From Bacteroidia bacterium (GTDB lineage Bacteria > Bacteroidota > Bacteroidia > UBA8524): a DNA stretch of 64,000 nucleotides. Under the pieces are notes generated by a model. The model was given only the letters and a program-made list of their open reading frames with translations, did no database searches and was not told the origin of the DNA. Below are positions 8,991-18,874 of this stretch, piece after piece; positions within the stretch are counted from its first letter, which is position 1; each line of letters opens with the position of its first letter. Location of the stretch: assembly GCA_965222995.1 (NCBI GenBank), contig OZ244977.1:9039-73038 (forward strand), read 5' to 3'. Position numbers and translations under genes: made by a program.

Positions 8991-10424
8991 ATGTCTCCAA
9001 TTCTGTTATTTTTTTGGATTAAAATTGTGATTGTGAGACAACTATTTAAATATCTGCTGTGTTTAATTATCCTTTTGGAAGCATGTCAGCCAAAAGAAAA
9101 ACCAAAAGTTGAAAAAAAATGTACTGCTTATGTTGGAGCTACAGTAATTGATGGAAGGGGAAATAAACCTAATCCCAATCAAGTGCTAATTGTTAAAGAG
9201 GATAAAATTATCAGAATACTATCAGCGGATGATTTTACTGAAACTGATAGTATAGAGGTAGTAAATATCGAAGGCAAATTTATTATACCGGGATTAATTG
9301 ATATGCATGCACATGTAACAGTACTTCCTATAGATGAAAACAATGCCATTAAGGATAGTATGGATATTGATGCTTCAATAAAGTCTTTAAAAACTATACT
9401 TCAATTTGGTATTACTACAGTAAGAAATCCTGCTGCTCCCTTGCATGATGTTTTGAGGCTTAAAATCTTAACACAACAAAAAAACTATATAGGCCCTGAG
9501 GTATATTCAGCAGGAAACCCTCTAAATAAAACTAAAGCAAAGTTTGGTCCTTTGGTAGCAGTAACTACTGAAGAAGAAGTAAGGGAAGAAGTGATACGGC
9601 AGGCAAAAGGAGGGGTTGATTTTATAAAAGTATATGCAACCTTACCGCCTAAATTGACAAAAATAGCCATTGATGAAGCTCATAAACAGGACTTAAAAGT
9701 AATTGGCCATCTTCAACAAACAACCTGGACACAGGGTGCTGAATTTGGTATTGACGCTATTTGTCATGCAGCTCCTTGGAGTGTAGATTATTTGCCTGTA
9801 GACAAAAGAAAGGGGTATCGCCCTACTTTTTTAGGAAGACTATTTTGGCTTGAAAATGTAGACTATCAAAGTGCTCAATTTAAAGAAATGGCAAAGTCAA
9901 TGGTCGAGAATAAAGTGATTTTCGACCCAACATTAATTACTTTTCACACCAAATTTTGGGGTGATGATTCAATGTATACCCACACACCTGATTTAAAACT
10001 GGTGCACCCCACAATTTTAAATGTTTGGAATACGGTTACGTTTACAAGTGGATGGACTGATGAAAATTATACCCGCGCAAAAAAACAATGGGAAAAATTA
10101 TTAGCACTAACAAAGTTACTGTATGATGAAGGGGTAATAATAACTACGGGGTCTGATTTTCCTAACCCGTGGGTATTACCCGGGTTAAGCCTTCACCAAG
10201 AAATGAAACTATTAACAGATGCAGGTATTCCTCCTCTTGAAGTAATAAAATGTGCTACTTACAATGGAGCAGTGGGGATTGGAATTGGCGCTGAAACAGG
10301 GAGTATAGAAGTTGGGAAAAAGGCTGATTTTGTTGTGCTGGAGAAAAATCCTTTGGAGGATATAAATAATACCAAGGGCATACTTTTAACTGTGAAAGAG
10401 GGAAAGCAAATAGTAGAAGATTAG
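8991..10424 (+). CDS. Amidohydrolase family lipoprotein (true start possibly GTG 9027/9033)
   Basis: PGLIDMHAH, FIKVY, GH, GSD, GSIEVGKKADFVVL motifs; lipobox-like LLEAC. Confidence 0.85.
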   Translation: MSPILLFFWIKIVIVRQLFKYLLCLIILLEACQPKEKPKVEKKCTAYVGATVIDGRGNKPNPNQVLIVKEDKIIRILSADDFTETDSIEVVNIEGKFIIPGLIDMHAHVTVLPIDENNAIKDSMDIDASIKSLKTILQFGITTVRNPAAPLHDVLRLKILTQQKNYIGPEVYSAGNPLNKTKAKFGPLVAVTTEEEVREEVIRQAKGGVDFIKVYATLPPKLTKIAIDEAHKQDLKVIGHLQQTTWTQGAEFGIDAICHAAPWSVDYLPVDKRKGYRPTFLGRLFWLENVDYQSAQFKEMAKSMVENKVIFDPTLITFHTKFWGDDSMYTHTPDLKLVHPTILNVWNTVTFTSGWTDENYTRAKKQWEKLLALTKLLYDEGVIITTGSDFPNPWVLPGLSLHQEMKLLTDAGIPPLEVIKCATYNGAVGIGIGAETGSIEVGKKADFVVLEKNPLEDINNTKGILLTVKEGKQIVED

Positions 10425-10455
10425 TTTAACATCGATTCTGTATTTTTGCTCACTT

Positions 10456-12315
10456 ATGAAAAAATTACTCATAATAGCTACATTATTATTTATTGCTCAT
10501 GTTACTGTTAAGGCACAAGGATATGTGCCCCGTATCCATTCTAATGTGTATACCGATAATGGTAAACTGTATATAAAAGATTCTGCAACAAAATATTATC
10601 TGCAAGAAGCAAAATCAAAATATACGCTGAGCCAAGTAATAGGCAACCCCAAAGGAGATAATAAAGGAATAGCCTTTTATTTCGGTAAAGATTTTACAGG
10701 TTGGCTATACTATGGTTTTATTCCATACGGAGACAGCAAGCACCCTATGCCGGTATATTTCAAAAAAGCAGCCCATATTGTTAACGGTGCAGCTTTAATA
10801 AATATACTGGATAACCTTAGTGGTAAATACGATATGATTGGCTGGCAGAAAAAAGGTTATGGAACTATAGGCTACCGTGTAGTAAACGAAGAGGGTGATA
10901 TTTTATATGACGGGAAAGTAAGCTTTACGGGTAAAGGCCCGTTTAAAGTGACTACAACCATTACACAAGGTCCCTTTATAAACTTACTGGAAGATGACGG
11001 TGCTACAATTTCTTTTACTACCAATACCCAAACTAAGGAAAGTGTTAAAATAGGCTCAAAAACATTTAGTGATAGAAAAGCTACCTACAACCACGAAATA
11101 AAAATTAGCGGATTAGAGCCTGCTACTAAATATAACTATACGATAGGTAATGGAAGCAATACCCAAACCTACTCTTTTACAACTGCTCCCAAAAAAGGAA
11201 CACGCAGCGCGTTTGTATTTTCATACGGAAGTGATTCTCGTAACGGAAACGGAGGAGGTGAACGTAGTGTATATGGAGCAAACGCTTATATAATGAAGAA
11301 AATGATGGCGATGAATAGCCATAAAGAGGTTGCCTTTGCACAGTTTTCAGGCGATTTGATAGACGGGTATCTGTCAGACAAAGCTGAAATGGATTTGCAA
11401 TATGCAAACTGGAAAAAAGCTATTGAACCTTTTGCACATTATTTCCCTGTTTATATCAGCATGGGTAATCACGAAGCATTATCATCAGTATTTAAAGCTG
11501 AAGGAAGTGATGAAACTATTGAAATTGATAGATTCCCCTATGCGTTGGAAAGCGCTGAAGCTGTATTTGCTAAAAACTTTGTGAACCCCACTAATGGACC
11601 CAGAAGTGAAGATACTGTGGGTAAGAAAGAGTTTCCAAGCTATAACGAAAATGTATTTTACTATACCTACGATAATGTAGCTATGGTAGTGCTAAACAGT
11701 AACTATTGGTATTCGCCCACAAGAAACAGAGTAGGTATAAGTAGCGGGAATATTCATGCCTACATAATGGACGAACAATTAAAATGGCTGCAACAAACCA
11801 TACAAATATTGGAAGAAGACAAAGCAATAGATCATGTATTTATTACGCTGCATACTCCGTTTTTCCCTAATGGGGGACATATAGGAGACGATATGTGGTA
11901 TGGTGGAAACAATGAACCCAGACCAGTTATTAAAGGAAGACCTGTAGAGAAAGGAATAATAGAACGCCGCGACCAATTGTTGGACGCTATTGTAAATAAA
12001 AGTACCAAAACTGTGGCCATACTTACAGGAGATGAGCACAACTATTGCAAAACAGAAATAAGCGAACAAGTGCAACGCTACCCTGAAGGGTGGACTAAAC
12101 CCCGTTTAAAACTGGAGAGAAGCATTTACCAAATAAATAATGGTGCTGCGGGAGCACCTTACTATGCACAACAAAAAGCACCATGGAGTGACTATACAAC
12201 AGGTTTTACAACACAAAATGCAGTAGTATATTTCTTTGTTGAAGGAAATAGTATTGAGGTGCAAGTGGTAAACCCCGATACATTGGAAGAGATTGAGAGT
12301 TTTGTGCTGAAATAG
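10456..12315 (+). CDS. Secreted metallophosphoesterase with FN3/purple-acid-phosphatase-like N-terminal domain
   Basis: Signal peptide; H..KISGLEPATKYNY FN3 motif; GDLIDGY, GNHE, LHTP, GDEH metal motifs; -7 box at 10441-10448. Confidence 0.8.
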   Translation: MKKLLIIATLLFIAHVTVKAQGYVPRIHSNVYTDNGKLYIKDSATKYYLQEAKSKYTLSQVIGNPKGDNKGIAFYFGKDFTGWLYYGFIPYGDSKHPMPVYFKKAAHIVNGAALINILDNLSGKYDMIGWQKKGYGTIGYRVVNEEGDILYDGKVSFTGKGPFKVTTTITQGPFINLLEDDGATISFTTNTQTKESVKIGSKTFSDRKATYNHEIKISGLEPATKYNYTIGNGSNTQTYSFTTAPKKGTRSAFVFSYGSDSRNGNGGGERSVYGANAYIMKKMMAMNSHKEVAFAQFSGDLIDGYLSDKAEMDLQYANWKKAIEPFAHYFPVYISMGNHEALSSVFKAEGSDETIEIDRFPYALESAEAVFAKNFVNPTNGPRSEDTVGKKEFPSYNENVFYYTYDNVAMVVLNSNYWYSPTRNRVGISSGNIHAYIMDEQLKWLQQTIQILEEDKAIDHVFITLHTPFFPNGGHIGDDMWYGGNNEPRPVIKGRPVEKGIIERRDQLLDAIVNKSTKTVAILTGDEHNYCKTEISEQVQRYPEGWTKPRLKLERSIYQINNGAAGAPYYAQQKAPWSDYTTGFTTQNAVVYFFVEGNSIEVQVVNPDTLEEIESFVLK

Positions 12316-12324
12316 TTTTATTAA

Positions 12325-12717
12325 TTGGTAACATCACAAAAAATCATACAATACCTGTTGCGCTTAGGTGTAGCAGGTATTTTTGCTTCTCATGGCTGGT
12401 TGGCATATCAGTTAAAACCGCAGTGGTTTAATTATTTATCAACCGTATGGATAAAGGGGGATACAGCAATAACGGTAATGCAAGCCATCGGTATAATGGA
12501 TTTAAGTATTGCCATAGTTACCCTTATAAAACCGATAAGGCCTGTGTTGTTATGGGCTACAATTTGGGCCTTTAGTACAGCATTGATACGACCAATTTCT
12601 GGTGAGGCATGGGTGGAGTTTTTTGAACGTACAGGCAACTGGGTTTGTCCTTTGGTTTTGTTTTTTATTCTTCACTACAAAGCTCATTCTTCCACTATAC
12701 CTGCCTCAACTAAATAG
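12325..12717 (+). CDS. Small membrane protein (DoxX-like)
   Basis: TTG start 9 nt after previous gene; 3-4 hydrophobic helices; LLRLGVAGIFASHG. Confidence 0.6.
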   Translation: MVTSQKIIQYLLRLGVAGIFASHGWLAYQLKPQWFNYLSTVWIKGDTAITVMQAIGIMDLSIAIVTLIKPIRPVLLWATIWAFSTALIRPISGEAWVEFFERTGNWVCPLVLFFILHYKAHSSTIPASTK

Positions 12718-14171
12718 TGACAGTCTTCCTTCTCAAAATAGTAGCCTGCATATTCTGTTATTACAGAATCAGGATTTTGTAGTCGTTCAGTAGGGTTTAC
12801 ACCTTCCCACAACGTTTCATCGGTAATTACCATGCGGGGTTGCTGCCAAGCATTATACGCACTACTAATCCATATAAAATCATGTTTATGAAAATACCTA
12901 AATAAACGATAAGGTGGAGCAACCGGGTAATTGTATGGGAGTACTTCAGCCACCTTTCTTATAGCTGCATAATAGGGTTTTTCTTTTTCAGGATGGGGCT
13001 TTGAAAAAATGCCTATAGCATTATCTCTATAAGAATATTTAGTTGTAGCTTTTAATAACTCAATTTGAGCTATAAACAACCCAACCAATACAACAAGTGC
13101 AAAAACTATATTAAGTTTTTTAGTTTTAAACCACTCTTTGTTTCCCTGTAGCATTGTATAACAGCTAATGGCTAGAAACAAACTAAATGTAAGCGAAAAA
13201 CGTGGTACCCAAGTAAGTGAAAAGGTATTGTGCGGCAAATACACTAAACCCGATACTAAATTAACTACAGTAATAGGCAATAGTAGTAAAAACCACCAAA
13301 GCAGCAATTTAGGTTTCACTTTTATGTATACCAGCCAAGCAACTAAAGGCAATAACAGTAGTCCGAAATTTTTGAAAATGGTAATGAAATAATTAATACT
13401 TACCTCATCTTTTGTTTCTGCTAATTGTGCAAAGGCTTTGTCAAGTCGGGTTTCTGCAAAATTGTTTTTATACTTTAAATAAATTACACCCAATATAAAC
13501 ACTACAATATAAACGCTTCCCCAAACAGCCGCCTTTTTGAGCCAGTTTTTTTGAGTGATTTGGTTTGAAACCCATTGCCAAGTGAAATATAAAATATGCA
13601 GGCAGGCTAGCAGTACAGCCCCGTCTTCTTTTACCGAAATAATTAAAATACCGCTAAGTATAGAAAGCCAATGTTGTTTTTTATAAAGCGATAATGAAAA
13701 AATTATTCCTAAAGGGATGTACAGCATTTCTATATGAAACCCGAACCAGGTATCATCATACAGCCAAAAGGCATAAGCACCGCAAAAAATAGTGATATAA
13801 AAAACTGTAACTACCCACTTTTGAGATACTTTTTTATAAATAATAGGGAATGAATACAACAGGGCTAAAACATACAGGGTAAACTGAGTAATAAAAATGC
13901 CAAAGCCACCCCACCAATAAACTAAAGGACCCATAAGCAGGTTGAAAAAATAGTTGTGGTACTTAGCATGGTTGCCATAGTTATTCTCAAACATGGCGGT
14001 ACGCCCTTCCAGCCAGCTGCGGCTTATTTGTATATGTGAAAATAAATCTGACTGGTAGGCTAGCCTATTAAACAAAGCCAGTTTAACGGCAAAAAACCAT
14101 ACCAACATGCCTAATGCTATTGTAAAAACAGCAATACCAAAATAATCTCTTTTTTTAAAAAGCTCAATCAT
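12684..14171 (-). CDS. Polytopic membrane protein, DUF2079/GT-C-like, paralog 1
   Basis: YQSDLF after TM1, FHIEMLYIP, VKEDG, WVPRFSL shared with next gene. Confidence 0.65.
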   Translation of the reverse strand: MIELFKKRDYFGIAVFTIALGMLVWFFAVKLALFNRLAYQSDLFSHIQISRSWLEGRTAMFENNYGNHAKYHNYFFNLLMGPLVYWWGGFGIFITQFTLYVLALLYSFPIIYKKVSQKWVVTVFYITIFCGAYAFWLYDDTWFGFHIEMLYIPLGIIFSLSLYKKQHWLSILSGILIISVKEDGAVLLACLHILYFTWQWVSNQITQKNWLKKAAVWGSVYIVVFILGVIYLKYKNNFAETRLDKAFAQLAETKDEVSINYFITIFKNFGLLLLPLVAWLVYIKVKPKLLLWWFLLLLPITVVNLVSGLVYLPHNTFSLTWVPRFSLTFSLFLAISCYTMLQGNKEWFKTKKLNIVFALVVLVGLFIAQIELLKATTKYSYRDNAIGIFSKPHPEKEKPYYAAIRKVAEVLPYNYPVAPPYRLFRYFHKHDFIWISSAYNAWQQPRMVITDETLWEGVNPTERLQNPDSVITEYAGYYFEKEDCHYLVEAGIVEE

Positions 14172-15670
14172 TGGGTAGATGATATGCCCGCCTTTTCAAT
14201 ATAGTGGCGGTCTTCCTTTTCAAAATAAATCCAAAGCTTATCGGTGACTACAGAATCAGGATTTTGTAGCAGGTCTTTGGGTACTACATTAGCAATGTTA
14301 GTTTCATCACAAATAATCATGCGGGGTGGTGTCCAAGCATTATAAATGCGCTCCGTCCAAATAACATCTTTTTTATGAAATACCCCAAACAAAGCATGGG
14401 GAGGAGAAACGGGGTACATATTCGGCAATACCTTAGCAATATCTCCCATTTGTTTCCAGTGTGGGTAATACTCAAAAGGGTGCTGTTCCTTAAAAATTTT
14501 CTGTGTGGTATAGTGATATGAGTACCCTTTTTCTGATTGTATTAAATCTTTTTGCCAGCTAAACAACCACCAGCTTATAGATATAGCTACTAAAAGGCTC
14601 ATAAACTTTGGACGGAACCAAGGACGGGAAAACAATATCAAACTAAAGCTACCCATAGCTAAAAATAAACTTAGTGTGAGCGAAAACCTCGGTACCCAAG
14701 TAAGCGAAAAATATTGTGAGGGGAAGTACACAAAACCTGATATGAAATTAACCACCGTTATGGGAAGCATAAAAGCTAACCACCACAACCATGCTTTGTA
14801 GTTTATCTGCTTCATGAGTAAAAGCACTACAACAAAAGGCAGTAACAGTAAACCAAATGATTGCAATATGGGTAAAAAGTAATCCAGCTTTTCAGCGGTA
14901 GTAAATTCAGCAAAATGTTCAAAAGCTTCAGTTAATCGGTCTTTACCGGGCTCCGACTGACTTTTTAGATACACCATGCCGACAACAAATACCACTACCC
15001 AAACAGCTCCCCACAGCAAGGACTGTAGTAGCCATCTTTTTTTTGTGATTTTCTCAGCCGTCCATTGCAAAGCAATAAATAAAAGATGTATGGAAGCTAC
15101 TAATACAGCTCCGTCCTCTTTTACACTTACTATAAATACAGCAAAAAGTATGGAAACCCAGTGTTGTTTTTTATATAAGGAAACGGCAAAAACAAACCCT
15201 AGGGGTATGTATAACATTTCGGTATGAAAACCGTAATGCGGGTTATCGTATAACCAAAAAGCGTATGGACCGCAGAAAATTACAATATAAAAAATACCTA
15301 CCAGCAGCTTGTGATTTAAGGTTTCTTTATGCTTATATAAAACGGGGAAAGTATAAAACAATGCAATTATATATAGTAGAAACTGCATACTAAATAAACC
15401 GTAAACCCCATAGGGTTTCACGGCAAACCCCAATAATAAATCAAAAAAATAATTGTGGTATTGGCTGTGGTAACCGTAGCAGTTTTCGTGCATTATTGGG
15501 CGACCTTGTAGCCAACCTCTGCAAATTTCAAGGTGGGTAAATAAATCACTTTGGTAGCCCAGTTTATCAAAAGTGGTAAGCTTGGCAATAAAGTACCAAA
15601 TCAGCATACCTATTGCGGCAAATAGAATGCTTAGCCCCAAATAATCCCTATTTCTAAACAACGAAATCAC
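14168..15670 (-). CDS. Polytopic membrane protein, DUF2079/GT-C-like, paralog 2
   Basis: YQSDLF, FHTEMLYIP, VKEDG, WVPRFSL; 4-nt ATGA overlaps on both sides. Confidence 0.65.
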   Translation of the reverse strand: MISLFRNRDYLGLSILFAAIGMLIWYFIAKLTTFDKLGYQSDLFTHLEICRGWLQGRPIMHENCYGYHSQYHNYFFDLLLGFAVKPYGVYGLFSMQFLLYIIALFYTFPVLYKHKETLNHKLLVGIFYIVIFCGPYAFWLYDNPHYGFHTEMLYIPLGFVFAVSLYKKQHWVSILFAVFIVSVKEDGAVLVASIHLLFIALQWTAEKITKKRWLLQSLLWGAVWVVVFVVGMVYLKSQSEPGKDRLTEAFEHFAEFTTAEKLDYFLPILQSFGLLLLPFVVVLLLMKQINYKAWLWWLAFMLPITVVNFISGFVYFPSQYFSLTWVPRFSLTLSLFLAMGSFSLILFSRPWFRPKFMSLLVAISISWWLFSWQKDLIQSEKGYSYHYTTQKIFKEQHPFEYYPHWKQMGDIAKVLPNMYPVSPPHALFGVFHKKDVIWTERIYNAWTPPRMIICDETNIANVVPKDLLQNPDSVVTDKLWIYFEKEDRHYIEKAGISSTQ

Positions 15671-17058
15671 TTTTGCGATGTTTTAGTTTTTCGCAATAAT
15701 ACCCATTGCCAAACTAATAAAGTAGCCGCCATGGGAATGAGCCAAATCATACGTGCCATATACCTATCAACAACCCCTGAGAATGAAGCGCAAACTACTC
15801 CGTTTATTATACAGCCCAGTATTACTATTACTGCAAAAGCCACAGTAGCATTGTACTGTTTTGTGCGATAATTGAGAAAAACAAAAAATACTATTACAAG
15901 TAGCGACAAATAAACAGCCCAACGCTGTATTACAGACTCGGTTTCAAAACTTACTGTTTGGTGGTATTGTATAGCATTTTGATACATAGTCCAATCGGCG
16001 CTCATAAAATCTTTTATTGGGCCATATACCGGAGAACCTTCTGCCATGGGTACTAAATAACCCAAATCAAACTGAGATAGTTGTTTCCAACTATCATTAA
16101 TGCAATGTTCTATCAACACACTTCGTGAAGGACCATAGGCAACAATATTTTTCACAAAACTACCATACTCTTCATTTTTACTTGTCCAGCAATTTCCCCA
16201 ATCTCCGTTTTCGGCACATTCATCATAAAAAGGACTGCTACCAAACTCCCATAAAAAAGCTACCGCGTGGGGAGGTAAACTGTCTTTTACCTTACATAAA
16301 TCTTTTGGGGCATTAGGGCAATGTTTGTCTAAGTACACTTTTGCGGCACCCGTTTCAATAGTTCTTGCTACTAAAAAAATATTGCCTGCTTTTGATGGTT
16401 TAAAGCCTACCCCCAACCAAAAGTTAAACAAGCTTACCAACAGCCATGAGGCCACACTCCAAAAAATAAGGCTTTTGTGAGCAGACTTTCGTTCTTTAAA
16501 AAAAGAGTTCTTTTTGAAAATTAACCGAATAAGCCAAAGTAAAATGGCTAGTAAACTAAAAATAAGCAGATGAGAACTGTGCACCGAAAGTGCAAACAAA
16601 AATATAACGGTTAAAGAAAACCTATGTCCTCGAGGTATGTATTTAGCTGCCAGTAAAATCCCAAAACAAAGTAAGGCAACGGGTGAAAAAGCATCGGCAA
16701 TAATTTGGCTGTTGTTATGCGCCAAACCTGTAGCAAAACTTAAACCTACAGCAACTCCACAAGCATAAAAAAAAGGTTGCTTTATACCCACCACATATTT
16801 AAGAGCCATCCGAATGGCATAAAACAATAGTAAAGATTGTGCTATAAGTGAAAACCAAAGTGTAAACCCCATACTGGTATGGCGCACAAACCACGAATAA
16901 AAATAAGGGCGGTCTACCGGTACATAACCCAGAAATCCGGCTACTATGTAGGTACCTGAGTCTGAATAGAGCAATGGGTAGCCATTTACCAAAGCAGGGT
17001 AATTCATGGCTGCCAAAGCCCCCATTAAAGCTAAAATTTTCAGTACCCAAAGCCTCAT
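15667..17058 (-). CDS. Polytopic membrane protein, GT-C-like
   Basis: NGYPLLYSDSGTY after TM1, DRPYFY, C-terminal DRYMAR; -7 box TATATTTG at 17064-17071 (minus). Confidence 0.6.
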   Translation of the reverse strand: MRLWVLKILALMGALAAMNYPALVNGYPLLYSDSGTYIVAGFLGYVPVDRPYFYSWFVRHTSMGFTLWFSLIAQSLLLFYAIRMALKYVVGIKQPFFYACGVAVGLSFATGLAHNNSQIIADAFSPVALLCFGILLAAKYIPRGHRFSLTVIFLFALSVHSSHLLIFSLLAILLWLIRLIFKKNSFFKERKSAHKSLIFWSVASWLLVSLFNFWLGVGFKPSKAGNIFLVARTIETGAAKVYLDKHCPNAPKDLCKVKDSLPPHAVAFLWEFGSSPFYDECAENGDWGNCWTSKNEEYGSFVKNIVAYGPSRSVLIEHCINDSWKQLSQFDLGYLVPMAEGSPVYGPIKDFMSADWTMYQNAIQYHQTVSFETESVIQRWAVYLSLLVIVFFVFLNYRTKQYNATVAFAVIVILGCIINGVVCASFSGVVDRYMARMIWLIPMAATLLVWQWVLLRKTKTSQK

Positions 17059-17124
17059 CGTGCCAAATATACAGTTATAAACTAACAGCTAGTATTTTTG
17101 AGTATTTTTGGCGCAAAAATGAGG

Positions 17125-17146
17125 ATAGCAAACCATGGTTTGCTAT
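17125..17146. promoter_or_regulatory. Perfect 22-bp palindrome in divergent promoter region
   Basis: ATAGCAAACCATGGTTTGCTAT; tandem -7 boxes TATTTTTG at 17093-17100 and 17103-17110. Confidence 0.5.
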
Positions 17147-18871
17147 TGGACAGAGGGCATGAACATTAACAAGGTGTATAAGTGGTTGGCAATGGTACTG
17201 TTTTTCGGGGCGGTATATTTGGTGTATACACCTGAAATAACAGGAAGCTATTCTACTAAAATATTGGGCAGGCTTGATATGCAGAGCGATGTGCCTGTTT
17301 TCTACAACAACATCTATCATTTTGAAAAAAAGGTTGGTGCGGGACAAAGCCCTTTAAAAAATGACATGGAAATGCACCCTGTTGGAGTAAATATGCTAAT
17401 GAACTCCCATAACATGGTCATGGGCTTGTTTTGCTTGCCATTTAAAAATAATATGCTGGGAGTAAACATAGGTTTGTTACTAAGCTTCATACTTTCAGGC
17501 TTGGGGGCCGCTATATTGTGTTATCGCTTTACACCCAATATTTGGTTGGCTGCATTAGTAGGTTTTGTATTTGCTTTTTCACCATGGAAAATGATAAAAC
17601 TGCAAGACCATTTTTGGTTCGCACTCACAGCTACAATACCTTTTTATATATATCATTTTATAGATGTTTTTAGGTTCAGGGAGAAGCGATGGCTACCCAC
17701 AATAGCCAGTTACAAAAAACTGATATATTGCTTGTTGCTAGGCTTTATTACCGCTTTATCTGAGTATTATCTTACCTTTTTTCTCATCTATTTCTCATTG
17801 TTCTATGTGTTGTTTAGGCAATATATACAACCGTGGAACTTTAATTTTAAAGCAGTAAAAACATGGCTAATTATAGCCGCTTCTGTAGCAGGCTTAAGTG
17901 TGCTGGTGGCTTACTTAGACGGTATCGGTTTTGACAATAAAGGCGCATTTTTTTGGGGAGGCGATATATTAGCCTATTTCTTGCCTGTATATAAACAATG
18001 GGTGAAAGACGGTTTAGAGCTATTGGGCATGGAAATACCAGCTTACCAAGAAAATTTTTTCTTTTTAGGTTTTTCCTTTTTGGTTTTTAGTGTTGTAGCA
18101 TTCTTTTTAGCTAAAAAACAGAAAATAAGCCCTTCAATTGAAATGAAAACCTTTGCTTGGCTGGCACTGGTATTTATGCTGTTTTCATTGCCTATTTTAA
18201 AAGTAGCAGGGCACTTCTTTTTCTATTTACCCACAGCAATATTGCACTATGTTCCCTTTTTTAATAATGTAAGAGTTATTACACGCATTTTCGTCCTGTT
18301 TAGCCTAGTGTTCCCCATTGTGGCGGTTTGGTTTTATTACAACTCTGCAAGTTTTAAGTACAAAAACCTAATCCCAATACTTGTACTACTTCTTTTATTA
18401 GTTGAGTTTAAAGCACCGCACTACGATGTGATTGATAAAAAACAGATACCTGATGAAGTATATGCAGTAAAAGAAATGACAGGAGATGTGGTACTACCCA
18501 TGCCTGTGGGTATACGAGACGGATTTAACCAAATAGGCATCAATAATTCTGATATGTTAGTATATCAAACCGTATTCGATAAAAAAATGATTGGTGGTTA
18601 TACTGCAAGAATAACGGGTGATGTGGAAAAGCGATATACTGAAGATGTGGTAATGAACCAACTAATGAAACTTTCAGAGGATAGGCGAGCAGATTATACA
18701 CTCCCAACAACTTATGAGGTAAATAAATTCTACAAAATGTTTAATCCTGATATTATTCTGATGGATGCTACATATACCGAAACCAATGCAGAGAGGTTTA
18801 TCAGAACTTTAGTAGAAAAAGGAGAGCAAGTAGGCTACAAAACCAAGATTGTTATATATTCAAAAAAATAA
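17135..18871 (+). CDS. Polytopic membrane protein, YfhO/GT-C-like (start probably ATG 17159)
   Basis: QSD acidic motif, AFSPW, R..TRI motif, C-terminal soluble domain with MIGGYTAR. Confidence 0.6.
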   Translation: MVCYWTEGMNINKVYKWLAMVLFFGAVYLVYTPEITGSYSTKILGRLDMQSDVPVFYNNIYHFEKKVGAGQSPLKNDMEMHPVGVNMLMNSHNMVMGLFCLPFKNNMLGVNIGLLLSFILSGLGAAILCYRFTPNIWLAALVGFVFAFSPWKMIKLQDHFWFALTATIPFYIYHFIDVFRFREKRWLPTIASYKKLIYCLLLGFITALSEYYLTFFLIYFSLFYVLFRQYIQPWNFNFKAVKTWLIIAASVAGLSVLVAYLDGIGFDNKGAFFWGGDILAYFLPVYKQWVKDGLELLGMEIPAYQENFFFLGFSFLVFSVVAFFLAKKQKISPSIEMKTFAWLALVFMLFSLPILKVAGHFFFYLPTAILHYVPFFNNVRVITRIFVLFSLVFPIVAVWFYYNSASFKYKNLIPILVLLLLLVEFKAPHYDVIDKKQIPDEVYAVKEMTGDVVLPMPVGIRDGFNQIGINNSDMLVYQTVFDKKMIGGYTARITGDVEKRYTEDVVMNQLMKLSEDRRADYTLPTTYEVNKFYKMFNPDIILMDATYTETNAERFIRTLVEKGEQVGYKTKIVIYSKK

Positions 18872-18874
18872 AGG

